A DNA stretch of 64,000 nt from Felis catus (lineage: Eukaryota): NCBI RefSeq assembly GCF_018350175.1, contig NC_058368.1:148678001-148742000 (forward strand). Reading direction: 5' to 3'. Below are positions 26,680 through 41,105 of this stretch, piece by piece. The translations under genes were made by a program, and so were the position numbers. The notes under the pieces were generated by a model. That model saw only the letters and a program-made list of their open reading frames with translations. It was not told the DNA's origin and did no database searches. How positions within the stretch are numbered: the stretch's first letter is position 1; every line of letters begins with the position of its first letter.

Positions 26680-27510
26680 TATTATATTTTCATTGATATA
26701 GAATTTACACAAATAAAATTAACAATTTTAAATGGAACAATATATGGAATTTGACACATTCATAATGTTGTATGACCATGATCCTACCTAATTCCAAAAT
26801 ATTTTCATCATTGCAAAAGAAAACTTTATATCCATTAAGTAGTTCCTATATGTTCCCCTGACCCCCAGGCCCAGACAACAGTGTATTTGTTCTATCTCTA
26901 CAGATTTTCCTTTTTGGGAAATTTCATATAAATGAAAGCACACAAGGTATAACCTTTTATGTCTGGCTTATTTATGTTAGCATTATGTTTTAAACGTTCA
27001 TCTGTATGGTAAAATGCATTTTTAGTTCTTCAGTCTTTTTATAGCTATATATACCACAATTTGTTTATCCATTCATCTGTTAAAGACATTTGGGTTATTT
27101 CTACCTTTTGGCTATCATGAATAATGTACTATGACCATTGGTGTACAAGTATCTGTTTACATTTCTGTTTTTAATAACTTTGGATATATACCTGAAATTA
27201 GAAGTGCTAGGTAATATGATTCTATATTTCATTTCTGAGGGACTTACCAAACTCTACTCTCCATAGTAGCTGAAACTTTGTACATTCCCATCAGCAACAT
27301 CCAAGGTTTTTAATTTTTCTTATGCTTGTTAACACTCATTTCCCATTTTTTTTTCATTACTGCCTTTCTGGTGTAAGTTAAGGGTTATCTTATGGTTTTG
27401 TTTGTATTCACTAAATGATTAATGATGAGCATCTTTTTATGTGTTTGATGGAAACATGTTTATCTTCTTTGGACAAATGTCTCTTTAAGTCTTTTGCCTA
27501 TTTCTAAATT
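26680..27510 (-). mobile_element. Old L1 3' end (L1MA/L1MB-like)
   Basis: Diverged 3'UTR and ORF2 end ('tttatccattcatctgttaaagacatttggg...gagcatctttttatgtg'). Confidence 0.8.
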
Positions 27511-28124
27511 ATTTGTTCTAGATCTTAAAAAGGTGATTACTATTTTAATAAATAATTTTTGAACTGATATATTTAATTGAAAACTATGATTTGTACTTTA
27601 GAGATTTTAATGTTGTATATTTTATTCTTCATATCTTTATTATTTTATCATATACATATGTATATTATTAATATATAAATACATGATTTAGTATAACATT
27701 TGGCATAATTTACATGGGCATTATATTATATAAGATTTTGCTAACTATAAAAGGAACAAGATCATATATTCCCTGCTTAAAGCAGCAGACAAATTAGATA
27801 CTATTCGGGTAATTATGTTTGAAGTTATCTATTTATCTTTTACTACTCATATTTTTCTTCAGTGAAATTATAATACCTGCTTCTAAAAAAATGAGGATGA
27901 TTGGATGGGTAGATGGATGATTAAAAAGATAAAAAGAATTTTAAAAATTCCATTGAATACGTTTTGCACATATTTGAGAAGTCTTACAAAGAGTTTCTTT
28001 ATTCTATCAGATTACAGATTGATTTCCAAAGTCATTACCTATGGACATATTAAAATAATCAACCTAATATTATGGATCTGACTTGATATATTTATACAAA
28101 GATAAATGATAAGAAGCAAAATCA

Positions 28125-31100
28125 TTTTATTTTTTGTTTTTTTTAATAATATAAATGTATTGTCAAATTATTTTCCATACAACACCCAGTTGCAATGCGT
28201 TCCTCAATGCCCATCACCCACTTTCCCTCTCCCAACACCCTTCAATGCTCAGTTTTTTCTCAGTATCCAAGAGTCTCTTATGGTTTGCCTCTCTCCCTCT
28301 CTGTAACTTTTTTTCCCCCTTCCCCTCCCCTATGGTCTTCTGTTAAGTTTCTTAAGATCCACATATGAGTGAAAATATATGGTATCTGTATTTCTCTGCC
28401 TGACTTATTTCACTTCCAATAATACCCTCCAGTTCTATCCATGTTGCTGCAAATGGCCAGATTTCATTTTTTCTCATTACCAAGTAGTATCTCATTGTAT
28501 ATCTAAACCACATCTTCTTTATCCATTCATCAGTTGATGGACATTTAGGCTCTTTCCATAATTTGGCTATTGTTGAAAGTGGTGCTATAAACATTAGGGT
28601 ACGCGTGCCCCTATGCATCACCACTCCTGTATCCAGTGGGCAAATTCCTAGCAGTGCTATTGCTGGGTCATAAGGTAGTTCTATTTTTAATTTTTTGAGG
28701 AACCTCCATACTGTCTTCCAAAGCATCTACACCATTTTGTATTCCCACCAACAGTGCAAGAGGATTCACGTTTCTCCACATCCTCTCCAGCATCTATAGT
28801 CTCCTAATTTGTTCATTTTAGCCCCTCTGACTGACATGAGGTGGTATCTCAGTGAGGTTTTGATTTGTATTTCCATGATGAGGAGTGATGTTGAACATCT
28901 TTTCATGTGTCTGTTGGCCATCTGGATGTCTTTTTTGGAAAAGTGTCTATTCATGTCTTCTGTCCATTTCTTCACTGGATTATTTGTTTTTCAGGTGTGG
29001 CGGTTGGTGAGTTCTTTATAGGTTTTGGATACTAGCCCTTTATCTGATATGTCATTTGCAAATATATTTTCCCATTCTGTCGGTTGCCTTTTAGTTTTGT
29101 TGATTGTTTCCTTTACAGTGCAGAAGCTTTTTATCCTCATGAGGTCCCAATAGTTCATTTTTGCTTTTAATTCCCTGTCCTTTGAAGATGTGTTGAGTAA
29201 GAAATTGCTGCAGCTGAGGTCAAAGAGGTTGTTGCCTGTTTCCTCCTCTAAGGTTTTGATGGTTTCCTGTCTCACATTCAGGTCCTTCATCCATTTTGGG
29301 TTTCTTTTTTGTATGGTGTAAGAAAGTGGTCTAGTTTCATTCTTCTGCATGTTGCTGTCCAGTTCTCCCAGCACCATTTGTTAAAGAGACTGTCTTTTTT
29401 CCATTGGATATTCTTTCCTGCTTTGTCAAAGATTAGTTGGCCATACATTTGTGGGTCCAATTCTGGGTTCTCTATTCTATTCCATTGGTCTATGTGTCTG
29501 TTTTTGTGCCAATACCATACTGACTTGATAATTACAGCTTTGTAGTAGAGGCTAAGTCTGGGATCGTGATACCTCCTTTGGTTGTGCCTCCTTTGGTCGT
29601 GATGCTTTGGTTTTCGTCTTCAACATTACTTTGGGTATTTGGGGTCTTTTGTGGTTCCATACAAATCTTGGGATTGCTTGTTCTAGCTTTGAAAAGAATG
29701 CTGGTGTAATTTTGATTGGATTGCATTGAATGTGTAGATTGTTTTGGGTATTTTTGACATTTTAACAATATTTATTCTTCCAATCCATGAGCATGGGATG
29801 TTTTTCCATTTCTTTGTGTCTTCTTCAATTTCCTTCATAAGCTTTCTATAGTTTTCAACATGCAGATCTTTTACATCTTTGGTTAGGTTTAATCCTAGGT
29901 ATTTTATGGTTCTTGGTGCAATTGTGAATGTGATCAGTTTCTTTCTGTTGCTTCATTATTGGTGTATAAAAATGCAACAGATTTTTGTACATTGATTTCA
30001 TACCCTGCAACTTTGCTGAATTCGTGTATCAGTTGTAGCAGACTTTTGGTGGAGTCTGTCAGGTTTTCCATGTAGATTATCATGTCATCTGAGAATAGTG
30101 AAAGTTTGACTTCATCTTTGCCAATTTTGATGCTTTTGATTTCATTTTGTTTTCTGATTGCTGATGCTAGGACTTCTAACACTATGTTAAACAATGGCAG
30201 TGAAAGTGGACATCCCTGTCCTATTCCCGATCTCAGGGGGGAAAGCTCTCAGTTTTTCCCCATTGAGGATGATATTAGCTGTGGGCTTTTCGTACATGGC
30301 TTTTATGATATTTCAGTTCCTTCTATCCCGACTTTCTTGAGGGTTTTTATTAAGAAAGGTTGCTGTATTTTGTCAAATACTTTTTCTGCATTGATTGACA
30401 GGATCATATGGTTCTTATCTTTTATTTTATGTGTCACATTGATTGATTTGTGAATATTGAACCAGCCCTGCAGCCCAGGAATGAATCCCACTTGATTATG
30501 GTGAATAATTCTTTTTATATGCTGCTGAATTCGATTTGATACTATCTTGTTGAGAATTTTTGCATCCATATTCATCAGGGATATTTACCTAGTTCTCTTT
30601 TTTTGATGGGTTTCTGTCTGGTTTGGGAATCAAAATAATGGAATGAGTCCAGAAGTTTTCCTTCCATTTCTAAATTTTGGAACAGCTTGAGAAGGATAGG
30701 TATTATCTCTGCTTTAAATATTGGTAGAATTGCCCAAGGAAGCCATCTGGTGCAGGACTCTTATTTGCTGTGAGATTTTTAATAACTGTTTCAATTTCTT
30801 CACTAGTTATAGGACTGTTCAAATTTTCTATTTCCTCCTGTTTGAGTTTTGGTAGTGTGTGTGTGTGTTTAGGAATTTGTCCATTTCTTCCAGGTTGTCC
30901 AGTTTCTTGGCATATAATTTGTCATAGTATTCCCTAGTAATTGCTTGTATTTCTGAGGCATTGGTTGTAACAATTCCATTTTCATTCGTGATTTTATCTA
31001 TTTGGGTCCTCTCTCTCTCTCTTTTTTTTTTTTTTTTTTTGAGAAGCTGGGCTAAGGTTTATCAATTTTGTTTATTTTTTCAAAAAACCAACTCTTGGTT

Positions 31101-31389
31101 TCATTGATCTGCTCTACTGTTTCTTTGGATACTATATTGTTTATTTCTGCTCTGCTCTTTAATATTTCTCTTCTTCTGCTGGGTTTTTGGTGTCTTTGCT
31201 CTTCTACTTCTAGCTCCTTTAGGTGTGCTGTTAGATTTTGTATTTGGGACTTTTCTTGTTTCTTGAGGTAGGCCTGGATTGCAATGTATTTTCCTCTTAG
31301 GACTGCCTTTGCTGCATCCCAAAAGGTTTGCATTATTCTATTTTCATTTTCATTTGTATATATATATATAATATATATATATATATAAT

Positions 31390-31420
<31 letters not shown>

Positions 31421-32128
31421 TTTAATTTCTTCTCTAATTGCCTGGTTGACCCATTCATTTTTTAGTAGGGTGTTCTTTAACCTCCATGCTTTTGGATGTT
31501 TTCCAGGCTTTTTCCTGTGGTTGATTTCAAATTTCATAGCACTGTGATCTGAAAGTGTGCATGGTATGATCTCAATTCTTTTATACTTATTAAGGGCTGT
31601 TTTGTGACCCAGTATTTGATCTATCTTGGAGCATGTTCCATATGCAGTCAAGAAGAAAGTATACTCTGCTGCTTTGCAATGTAGATTTCTAAATATATCT
31701 GTCAAGTCCAGCTGGTCCGATGTATCACTCAGAGCCCTTGTTTCTTTATTGATTCTCTGTCTAGATGATCTGTCCATTTCTGTAAGTGGAGCATTAAGGT
31801 CCCTGCAATTGCCACATTCTTATCAGTAAGATTGCTTATGTTTGTGACTGTTTTATGTATTTGGGTGCTTCCGAATTCAGTGCATAGACATTTATAATTG
31901 TTAGCTCCTCCTGATGAATAAACTTGTAATTATCATATAATGTCCTTCTTCATCCCTTGTTACAGACTTTAATTTAAAGTCTATTTTGTCTGACATAAGT
32001 ATGACTATTCTAGCTTTCTTTTGACTTCCAGTAGCATAATAGATAGTAATCCATCCCCTCAATTTCAATCTGAAGGTGTCCTCATGTCTAAAATGAGTGT
32101 CTTGTAGGCAGCCTATAGAAGGGTCTTG

Positions 32129-32160
<32 letters not shown>

Positions 32161-33610
32161 TGTTTTATCCATTCTGATACCCTATGCCTTTTGGTTGGAG
32201 CATTTAGTCCATTTACATTCAGTGTTATTATTGAAAATTATGGGTTTGGAGTCATTGTGTTATCTGTAGGTTTCATGCTTGTAGTGATGTCTCTGGTACT
32301 TTGTGGTCCTTGCAACATTTCACACACAGAGTCCCCTTTAGAATCTTTTGTAGGGCTGGTTTAGTGGTGATGAATTACTTCAGTTTTTGTTTGTTTGGGA
32401 AAACCTTTATCTCTCCTTCTATTCTGAATGACAGGCTTGCTGGAAAGAGGATTCTTGCCTGCATATTTTTCCTGTTCATCACATTGAAGATTTCCTGCCA
32501 TTTCTTTCTGGCCTGCCAAGTTTCAGTAGATAGGTCTGCTGCTACCCTTATGTGTCTACCCTTGTATGTTAAGGCCCGTGTATCTCTAGGTGCTTTCAGA
32601 ATTCTCTCTTTATCCTTGTATTTTGCCAGTTTCACTATGATATGTCGGGCAGAAGATCGATTCAAGTTAGGTCTGAAGGAAGTTCTCTGTGCCTCTTGGA
32701 TTTCAATACCTGTTTCCTTCCCCATACCAGGGACATTCTCAGCTATGATTTGTTCAAGCACACCTTCTGCCCCTTTCTCTCTCTCTTCTTCTGAAATTCC
32801 TATGATACAGATACTGTTCTGTTTGATTGAATCACTTGGTTCTCTTATTCTCCCCTCGTGATCCTGGATTTTTTTTATCTCTCTTTTTTCTCCGCTTCCT
32901 CTTTTTCCTTAATTTTATCTTCTAATTCACCTATTCTCCCCTTCTGCATCTTCAATCTGTGCTGTGGTCACCTCCATTTTATTTTGTACTTCGTTTATAG
33001 CATTTTTTTAATTCATCATAACAATTTTTTAGTCCTTTGATCTCTGTAGCAATAGATTCTCTGCTGTCTTCTATGCTTTTTTCAAGCCCAATGATTAATT
33101 TTAGGACTATTATTCTAAGTTCTTGTTCAATTATGTTGCTTATATCTGTTTTGATCAATTCTTTAGCTATCACATCTTCCTGGAATTTCTTTTGAGGAGA
33201 ATTCTTCCATTTCATCACTTTGGCTAGTTTTCTGTCCCTTATGAGTTTTAAAAGCTTGCTATGTGCTCTGCACCTGCGAGCACTGCGATATTAAAGGGGG
33301 GTTATACACTGTCCAGGTCCTGGCCCTTCAGTAGGTGTTTTTTGGAGAGTGTGACTTGCTCCCTGTGTTGTGACTTTGGTTATTTTATTTCCCTTCTCAT
33401 AGTGATGTTTTGGACCCTCCACCAGGTGTTCTTTGCTTTGTTCCTTGAAGTAGCCCTATGGTCTCTCACGTTGTCTTAGCTTCTCTCTGATAGACTCAGT
33501 CTCTTTTCCTCCTAGATTCTTGGGATTCAAAGTCCTTTGGCTTCAGCCCTTCTTTGTTTAGGAGATGTGGGAAGTACAGATCTCCCTACTTCTCTGCCAT
33601 GCTGGCCCTT
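28125..33610 (-). mobile_element. Near-full-length older felid L1 with a short (probably internally deleted) 5'UTR
   Basis: ORF1 remnants 32979-33218 and 32375-32761; ORF2 ATG ~32255 with fragments down to ~28350 (LFSDDMII); 3'UTR and T-tract. Many stops and indels. Confidence 0.95.
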
Positions 33611-36600
33611 AAGTTATTTTTTAAAGCATCTACAAGAAGTCAATTATGTTAAAGAGGAACAATTATTATGTTTTAGCCTATAGCAATTCAAAGTTTTGGA
33701 AGTGGCATATAACTATGTATAATAAAATCTGGCAAAATATATGCTAGTAGTTACCACATACTGCTGGGGAAGTCTTGCAGGAAAATATTATTAATTATTC
33801 AGGGAATTGAAGCAAGGATTAAAAAAGGATATTTGGAAAATGCATACCAGTACACTTATAGTATAAGTGAAGTACGCACTTTGTACATTTCATATAGCTG
33901 ATTTAGCAAAATATTAAATTTACCTGTTTGAGCTTTTCAATCTAATAAATCAAGTTTTCAGTCTTTAAAAATTACAACTGACATCAATATAATATGGTTA
34001 ACTTTGATTTATACTTTATTAAAATGGCTTTATACAGATATTTAGATCTCTATTGCTATGAACATCAATGGTAACGCACAAAAAAGAGTTAAAATTTAGT
34101 AGTACTCTGTAAGAAGTACGTGTTAGAGAAAATACCTTCTGGGATTACTTCTTAAATACATTTGGAAACTCACCACTAGTATAAGTGAGCCATGATTGGC
34201 TATTTGTCCACGGAAAATAATTACTAAAGAGTGAGTAGCTGATGTTATTTTATTGAGAAATAGAGTAAAATTTGTTATTACAAAGCATGTTGAAAAACCA
34301 CATGAGTTAATGAGAGGAAGGAAAATTAATATGGAGTATCAACAAAAATATGATTCTTATATGTGTAGAAATTTAAAAAAAAGATAATCAGGTTTAAGAC
34401 TTCTATATGTTTGAGACAAAAAGGAGGAAACTAAATTGTACTTATAAAATGAACCTAAAATAGGTCATTACACCAGTGGGCATGGCTCCATGTGATTACT
34501 GTGATCCTGAGACTTAGTATTCTGGCCAGTAGTCACAGCACGACATTAGGGGCTAGACATATAATAGGCAGGGAAACAATATATACGTGGGTCTGAGCTA
34601 ATGAGTGCAGGATGGAGCTTTACAGACTCCAGAATCAGAAAAATGGTGACAGTTTGTTAAAACTGAACAATCAAGAGGAAGAATAGAGTTGAATATAGAA
34701 AACTTCTGAGGAAAAGGGGTTCGTGAGGATTAAAGGAGAGGTAATGCACACTAGTTAAACACTAAGCAGTTTCATCTAATAAATCATTATATTACCATTC
34801 ACTTCTCAGTAACTTAAAATTATTTAAAAATTCCAGTGCTCATAGTGCTTTTTATTATATGTTTAGGTTTAATAGAACTTCAAGTAAGTTTCCAGGAACT
34901 TTTCTGGATAAACATAGACCCAGAGGGCTCTGTGTATGTGTTTAATATATGGCTTTTATGATTCAGTCTTAAACACTGAGACAAGAGGCAATGACTTTCA
35001 CTGTGCCTTTTCTTTGAGTACAGTCTTGATTTGCACACTGTCCTTGCATTTTTGCTTTACCAGGTGTAGTCTCCTGATAAGTATGTTCCCTTCTTTGCAG
35101 AAATTCACATTGCTGACCTTGCACTCCTTTGCTATGGAAAGGCTGCCACTGGCAGCTGCAGATTAATACCAGCTCAAATCTCGTTGTTTTTGATTAAGGT
35201 TCTGAGGTTAGAAAAATGTAATTTGTACCCCACAAGGTAGCATAGAGAGAACATGACAGCAATTAATCCTTTTCTTACTGATGACAATGATAAAATACCC
35301 CTGTTACCTCCAATATCTTTGTTAATATTCCAAAAGGGAAATTTATTTTCTCCTGTGTTTATTTATAGAGAAGTATTTTTCATAACTTCAAAGTGTTTAA
35401 TTTTAAAACTTTACTAAGCATTTTTAACAGGAACTATGTCAATATTATCATTGAAATAATAATTTATAAAAACTAATGATCTATAATAAAGCATAATTTT
35501 AATGAAATATAAACCTCTTATATATAGGCATAAAGGAATGCCAAATGTGTTCTTGCTGATCCATTATGTATCACAAATTTGGTAATTGCAAATATTTCTA
35601 AGATCAAATCAGTCTGTAAAATGAGGCCGAAAATAGAATGCTTAGTTTAGACTTACTCATTTCATCTAAATTTAAACTTATCTTTATGTTCTGTTAGCCT
35701 CAGTTCCCTATGAAACATTTAGATCTCCACGATTTTCTTTGTAATGTATATTAACCAAACTTCATTAATTACTGAATGTTTTATATGGCCTTTGTTAAAT
35801 CAGACTAATTACTGGTACAAAAAGAATGACATGTCCCAGTTTTCTCTAAATTTCTTATATAGTTCAACTGAACTCAGTACAACATAAGCAACTGAAAAAT
35901 TAAGTAAAATAATTGGACAAGAAAAGAAGCAGTAAAGTAGTACTAAGTATAACATTACTCACTCATCCCATTCTTGGCAGGATATGGGTAATTCACATGA
36001 ACAAGGCATTCTCTGTTGGTATATATCTGACTGATAACAAAAGCTTTATTAGTACAATCATTGGTTATATATACAAATCACCTGTGTGTTTGTTGTATGA
36101 GGAGAAAGTCAGAGATAATTTTCAATGTCAGTGTGTTTTACAGGAGGGAGGGATTTCACTAATTACAATAGTCACAACACACAATAGGGACTATGTCTTC
36201 TTACTGCTTTTGAATCAAGGCTTATGCATTGTTGTATTTTCTCCAAGATTAATGCATCAGAAGTAGAATATAATGATCACTGACATTTAACGTCTGACTT
36301 ACTTGGGGGTCAGACTACCATTTAAAACATAGAAATTCCCAAACTGAAAGAAAATAAAATCTTAACTAAAATGAGGAAATGAAATACCCCTGTACCCAAG
36401 TCTTTCTGAAAAACATAAGAGCATTTCTTCTTGTTTATTATAGTATTTGTAACTCACAAACTAATCAATGGTGCTCTATTTTCTCATATCCTAAAAGCAA
36501 GTAACCACAAACAAAATTCATAGTGAATTCTCACAAACATAGATATAGGTGTGTCTTTAATAGAAGAGTTAAGTAGTGGAAGACATGGGGAAATAGGTAT

Positions 36601-36705
36601 GCAACTATTGACTTGATAGCTCTTGAGATTTCTGAATTCAGAAAACATCTCATTCAAAGCTATTTTGAGTATTCCTGATTCTTTGCCTTTAAAAATAAAA
36701 TTTTA

Positions 36706-36765
36706 TGGGTACCTGGATGACTCAGTCAATTCAGTGCCAACTCTTAATTTTGGTTCAGGTTATTA
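36706..36765 (+). mobile_element. Can-SINE 5' fragment
   Basis: 'gggtacctggatgactcagtcaattcagtgccaactcttaattttggttcagg'. Confidence 0.65.
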
Positions 36766-37339
36766 AGACTTTCATCCTGTAAATTTTCTAAACAATGTTT
36801 TAGAGTTTTCTGGAAGATTTGCATATGTTTTGCTATATTTGGCTCAGCTTTATATTTGTTGCTATTGTAAATGATTTATTTTTTAATTTTAGAAACTATA
36901 TATTTTAGCTACATGACTGTACTATTGAAAATAACTGCAAAAAGGATGCCAACAAAGTCATACCAACAGGTGAATAGATATAAATCATACTATATTCACA
37001 AGATGCAATACTATAGAGCATAATAAAAAATAAGTGAACTGCACCACTGTACATCAGAATACCAGTTAATTCAGGTATAAGTAATTAATGGATTTAGTGA
37101 AAAAATGAAGATGGCTCTGGCATGCTTGAATGTTCTCACTATTGATCTAAATGTTGGTTACATAGTTGTATTCTGTTGGTAAAATCCACTGATCTATCTG
37201 CATGGTCATGTTATGTGTACCTTTCTGTATGCTTAATTATTTATACTTAAATAATTTATATATAACTAGGCTTTTCATTGGTTTTTATCAATCCCTTTTC
37301 TTCATCTTAAAAAAAATTCTCATTTCTATTTCTCTACTC

Positions 37340-38160
37340 CCCTTTTTTGATAAAATTTGTCTTCATTTGTTATTGTCACCCTTATTAAGTCTTCAGCCTA
37401 CAGAAGTCTGGCATACATCTGCACTATTCCATTAAAACTGCACCTGTCAATGTCTCCCAAAATTTGCTATTTGAAAAATCCATTTTCACTTCTCCATTCC
37501 CAGTTTAACCTCAGAATAATTTCTCCTTTTGGAAATATGCTTCTGTGCTGGTTTCTATGATTGCACTAAGCACTTGCTCTGTCTCTTTGTCTGGGTCCTC
37601 ATCCTCTTAGGTTAAAATGCTGGAGTACTCCCAAGTCACTTCTTTTTACTACTATTCTCTGCTAACTAATTTAATGTGGCTTTAACTATTATTAATATGT
37701 AAATGGCCCTCTTAGTGTATATATACACCTCAGAGTGTTCTCTTTTGAAGACTTGATAAGTCTTTAATGTCTTATTTATACACACACACACACACACACA
37801 CATTTTTAAGAACTGGATTCAATGACCCAATTTTTTTACATTTATAGCATTCTCTGTCTCATTAATGGCTTATCATCCACCACTGACTGACTTAGCCAAT
37901 AATCCAAGAATAATAAATTCCTCCATTTTCATAATCCTTACAGTTAACAATGGCATAGGTGATGATGCAAACTAAACTGGGTTAATACATTATGTTCCAC
38001 CCTTTGAATGACCAATTAACATTCTGTCAGCAATGACATTTATTTGGTTGATCCAATATGACTCACTCCAAATGGATACTAATATCTGTTATGAATATAT
38101 GCATATTTATTTTGGCCTTTAACCTGTGCTGTTCAATAAATGTTGAGTGGATGGCAAATA
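37340..38160 (+). mobile_element. L2 remnants, with (CA)n at ~37779-37802
   Basis: L2-like text ending 'tcaataaatgttgagtggatgg'. Confidence 0.55.
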
Positions 38161-38928
38161 AGGGAGCAGAGGCCAGAAAAACAATCATATTTCTTTGTTC
38201 TCTTTTCTTAAAAATGATGTCCCTATTTATCTTCAGTGTCTTTTAAAGCTACAAAATAATCATACATGGTACTTTTTTTCTTTGTTCTATATAACTCTGA
38301 ATCTACAGTAGGGTATACACCCACACTGTACACATTTTTGCCACATAATCCAAGTATTTTTAGGCTATGATGAATATTAAAAACCATTTGGAAGATATTT
38401 TAAATCTTATGTAGTACCTTCACAAAACATAATAGCTTTACTCACTATAGTAATTCTATACATGCAGTCATATATAGCACTAATCATAAAGAGATGGGCC
38501 TTAACTGAACAGAATTATGTCTGATAGATATTAATCAGTTACATTGGAAGAATGAAACTTAACATATTCTAAAATTACATTGATATTCCATTAGGAGTTT
38601 TATTAAGCTGCCTTTATTTTAGGAAATAAATTCCTGTTTTGTTCAGTGATAAGGTACATGACCTCAAGAAGTTAAATATAAAAGAAATTAAGAAGGTACG
38701 GAACTGCACTTCTGTGTACATTTTCAAGATTCCCTTCTCTTACAGGCTAAGTAGTTTTCACTTAATGTGTAAAGGAAATTTTATTTGTTTATATTTTCTG
38801 TGAGAGCATTAAGATAGATATTTTTTTCCTAGGTCAAGACCTGAACATCATCTCAGAAAGTCAGGCTAAGGAAGATTATTAATCAACAAAGAACTTAATG
38901 CAGACAAGGAAACATAAGAGTAAATGTT

Positions 38929-39169
38929 TTTATTTTTATTTTTTTTTTTTTAATTTTTTTTTTTTCAACGTTTTTTATTTATTTTTGGGACAGAGAGAGA
39001 CAGAGCATGAACGGGGGAGGGGCAGAGAGAGAGGGAGACACAGAATCGGAAAGGCTCCAGGCTCCGAGCCATCAGCCCAGAGCCCGACGCGGGGCTCGAA
39101 CTCACGGACCGCGAGATCGTGACCTGGCTGAAGTCGGACGCTTAACCGACTGCGCCACCCAGGCGCCCC
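38929..39169 (-). mobile_element. Very young felid Can-SINE
   Basis: CpGs retained, long T tail; TSD aagagtaaatgtt (38916-38928 / 39170-39182). Confidence 0.97.
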
Positions 39170-40185
39170 AAGAGTAAATGTTAATGAAGGTAGCCAATAG
39201 CTAAGAATAACATAACAAACAAAAAAAAAAACCCTATTTTTGCAGTGGAATTTCAGAAATCTGGGTCAATACTAAAGACACAGCAACAAATAAAAATACA
39301 TATTTACATTTTAAGTTATAAAATATTCTGAAATATTTAATATTGATTAAAGTGTATACATGTATTATAATTTAAAATGAATTTGTCTCAATTTTCAGGT
39401 CTTTTTAGGAATGATATACTATAAGGAAAGACTTTACTAGAAAAGAAGAACACATTATTTTTTAAATTAAAAAAAATTGCTACTAGGCAGAAACAGTAAT
39501 AACTAGAAATACTAAGAAACAGCTGTTAATTATTATGAGCTGTGATTGCATTGGCAATAGATGGGAAACATGAAGAGATGATAAATAAAGACTGTGCTAG
39601 CAAATAAATAATTTGGTTCAGTAGGGGAGAAAATTAAATTAACCACTGGAAGAAAAAGAAAGAAGTTTCTTCTTCATAGATTTAAGCCTTATTGGAAAAT
39701 CAATGAAAGCAGTGTGTTGAGCCTAGTGATTACATCCTAGCCGAACATGCATTAATTATTGTCTATCAAGGGATAAGGAAAAGGTGTGAATGTGTGCTTT
39801 ATTGTGCTCTCTTTACTGCTTAAAAAATATATTAAACTTCAAGATAGGGAAGGAGTTCTTAAACAGGAAATAAGGGAAAGATTGACTAATTCAGCTGCAT
39901 TAAAAAAATTATCATCATCAGAAATTTAATTTAAAAAACGAGGAAATACAAAAATAAACATAGGATGATATTTGAAGTACACATATACAAGAAAGAATAC
40001 TGTCCAAAAAATAACAGGAAATCCTACAAATCATTACAAAAAATGCAAAGAAAAAAAATTGGCTTAAGATACAAAAAGAAAAATTACAGACTAACAAAAT
40101 TATATATATATATATATAAATGATATATATACTATATATATATAATTATATATATTAATTATATATATAATTATATATATATATT

Positions 40186-40910
40186 ATTGTAGTATCATAC
40201 AGAGTATTTCCACTGCTCTACAAATCGTCTGTGCTTCAGATATTTGTCCCTTTCCCCCAATTTCTGACAACCACTGATCATTCTACAGTCTCCACAGTTT
40301 TGCCTTTTCCAAAATATCATATAGTTAATAGAGCATGTAGCCCCTTCAGATGGTCTTCTTTAACTTAGTAATATCATATTTAAATTTCCTCCATGTCTTT
40401 GTACGGTTTTATAGCTCATTTCTTTTTATTTCAGAATAATATTCCATTGTCTGGATATACCAGAGTTTATCTATTCATCTACTGAAGGACATTTTGATTG
40501 CTTCCAACTTTCACAATTATAAATAAACCCTACTGCCTATGCTTTTTTCTTGGAGCTTTATGGTATCGGTCTTACATTCAAATCTTTATCCATTTTGAAT
40601 TATTTTTGTATATAGTATGAGATAGTGATCCAGTTTCATTCTTTTACATGTAACTGTCCAGTTTTGCAAATACTATTTGTTGAAGAGACTCTTTTCCCCA
40701 TTGTGTATTCTTGCCTCCTTTGTCATAGATTAAACCACCATATATGTGTGGGTTTATATCTCTAAGCTATTCCATTGATCTATGTGCCTGTTTCCTTGCC
40801 AGTACCCTAATGTTTTCATTACTAGAGCTTTGTAGTACACTTTGAACTCAGGGAGCATGATACCTTAAGCTTTGTTCTTCTTTCTCAAGATTGCTTTAGT
40901 TATTTGGGGT
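40186..40910 (-). mobile_element. Old L1 fragments (3'UTR ~40186-40530 joined to an ORF2 piece ~40535-40910)
   Basis: Antisense L1 text; preceded by an AT microsatellite at ~40100-40185. Confidence 0.75.
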
Positions 40911-41105
40911 TTCTATACATAACAATCAGCTATTAAAAAGAGAAACTAATAGACAACCCTATTTATAATTGAATCAAAATACTTAGGTATAAATTTAATC
41001 AAGGAAGTGAAAAATCTGTAGTCTAAAAATTATAAGACAATGATGAAGGAAATTAAAGATGATACACATAAATGTGAAAATATATCATGCTCAAAGATTG
41101 GAAGA

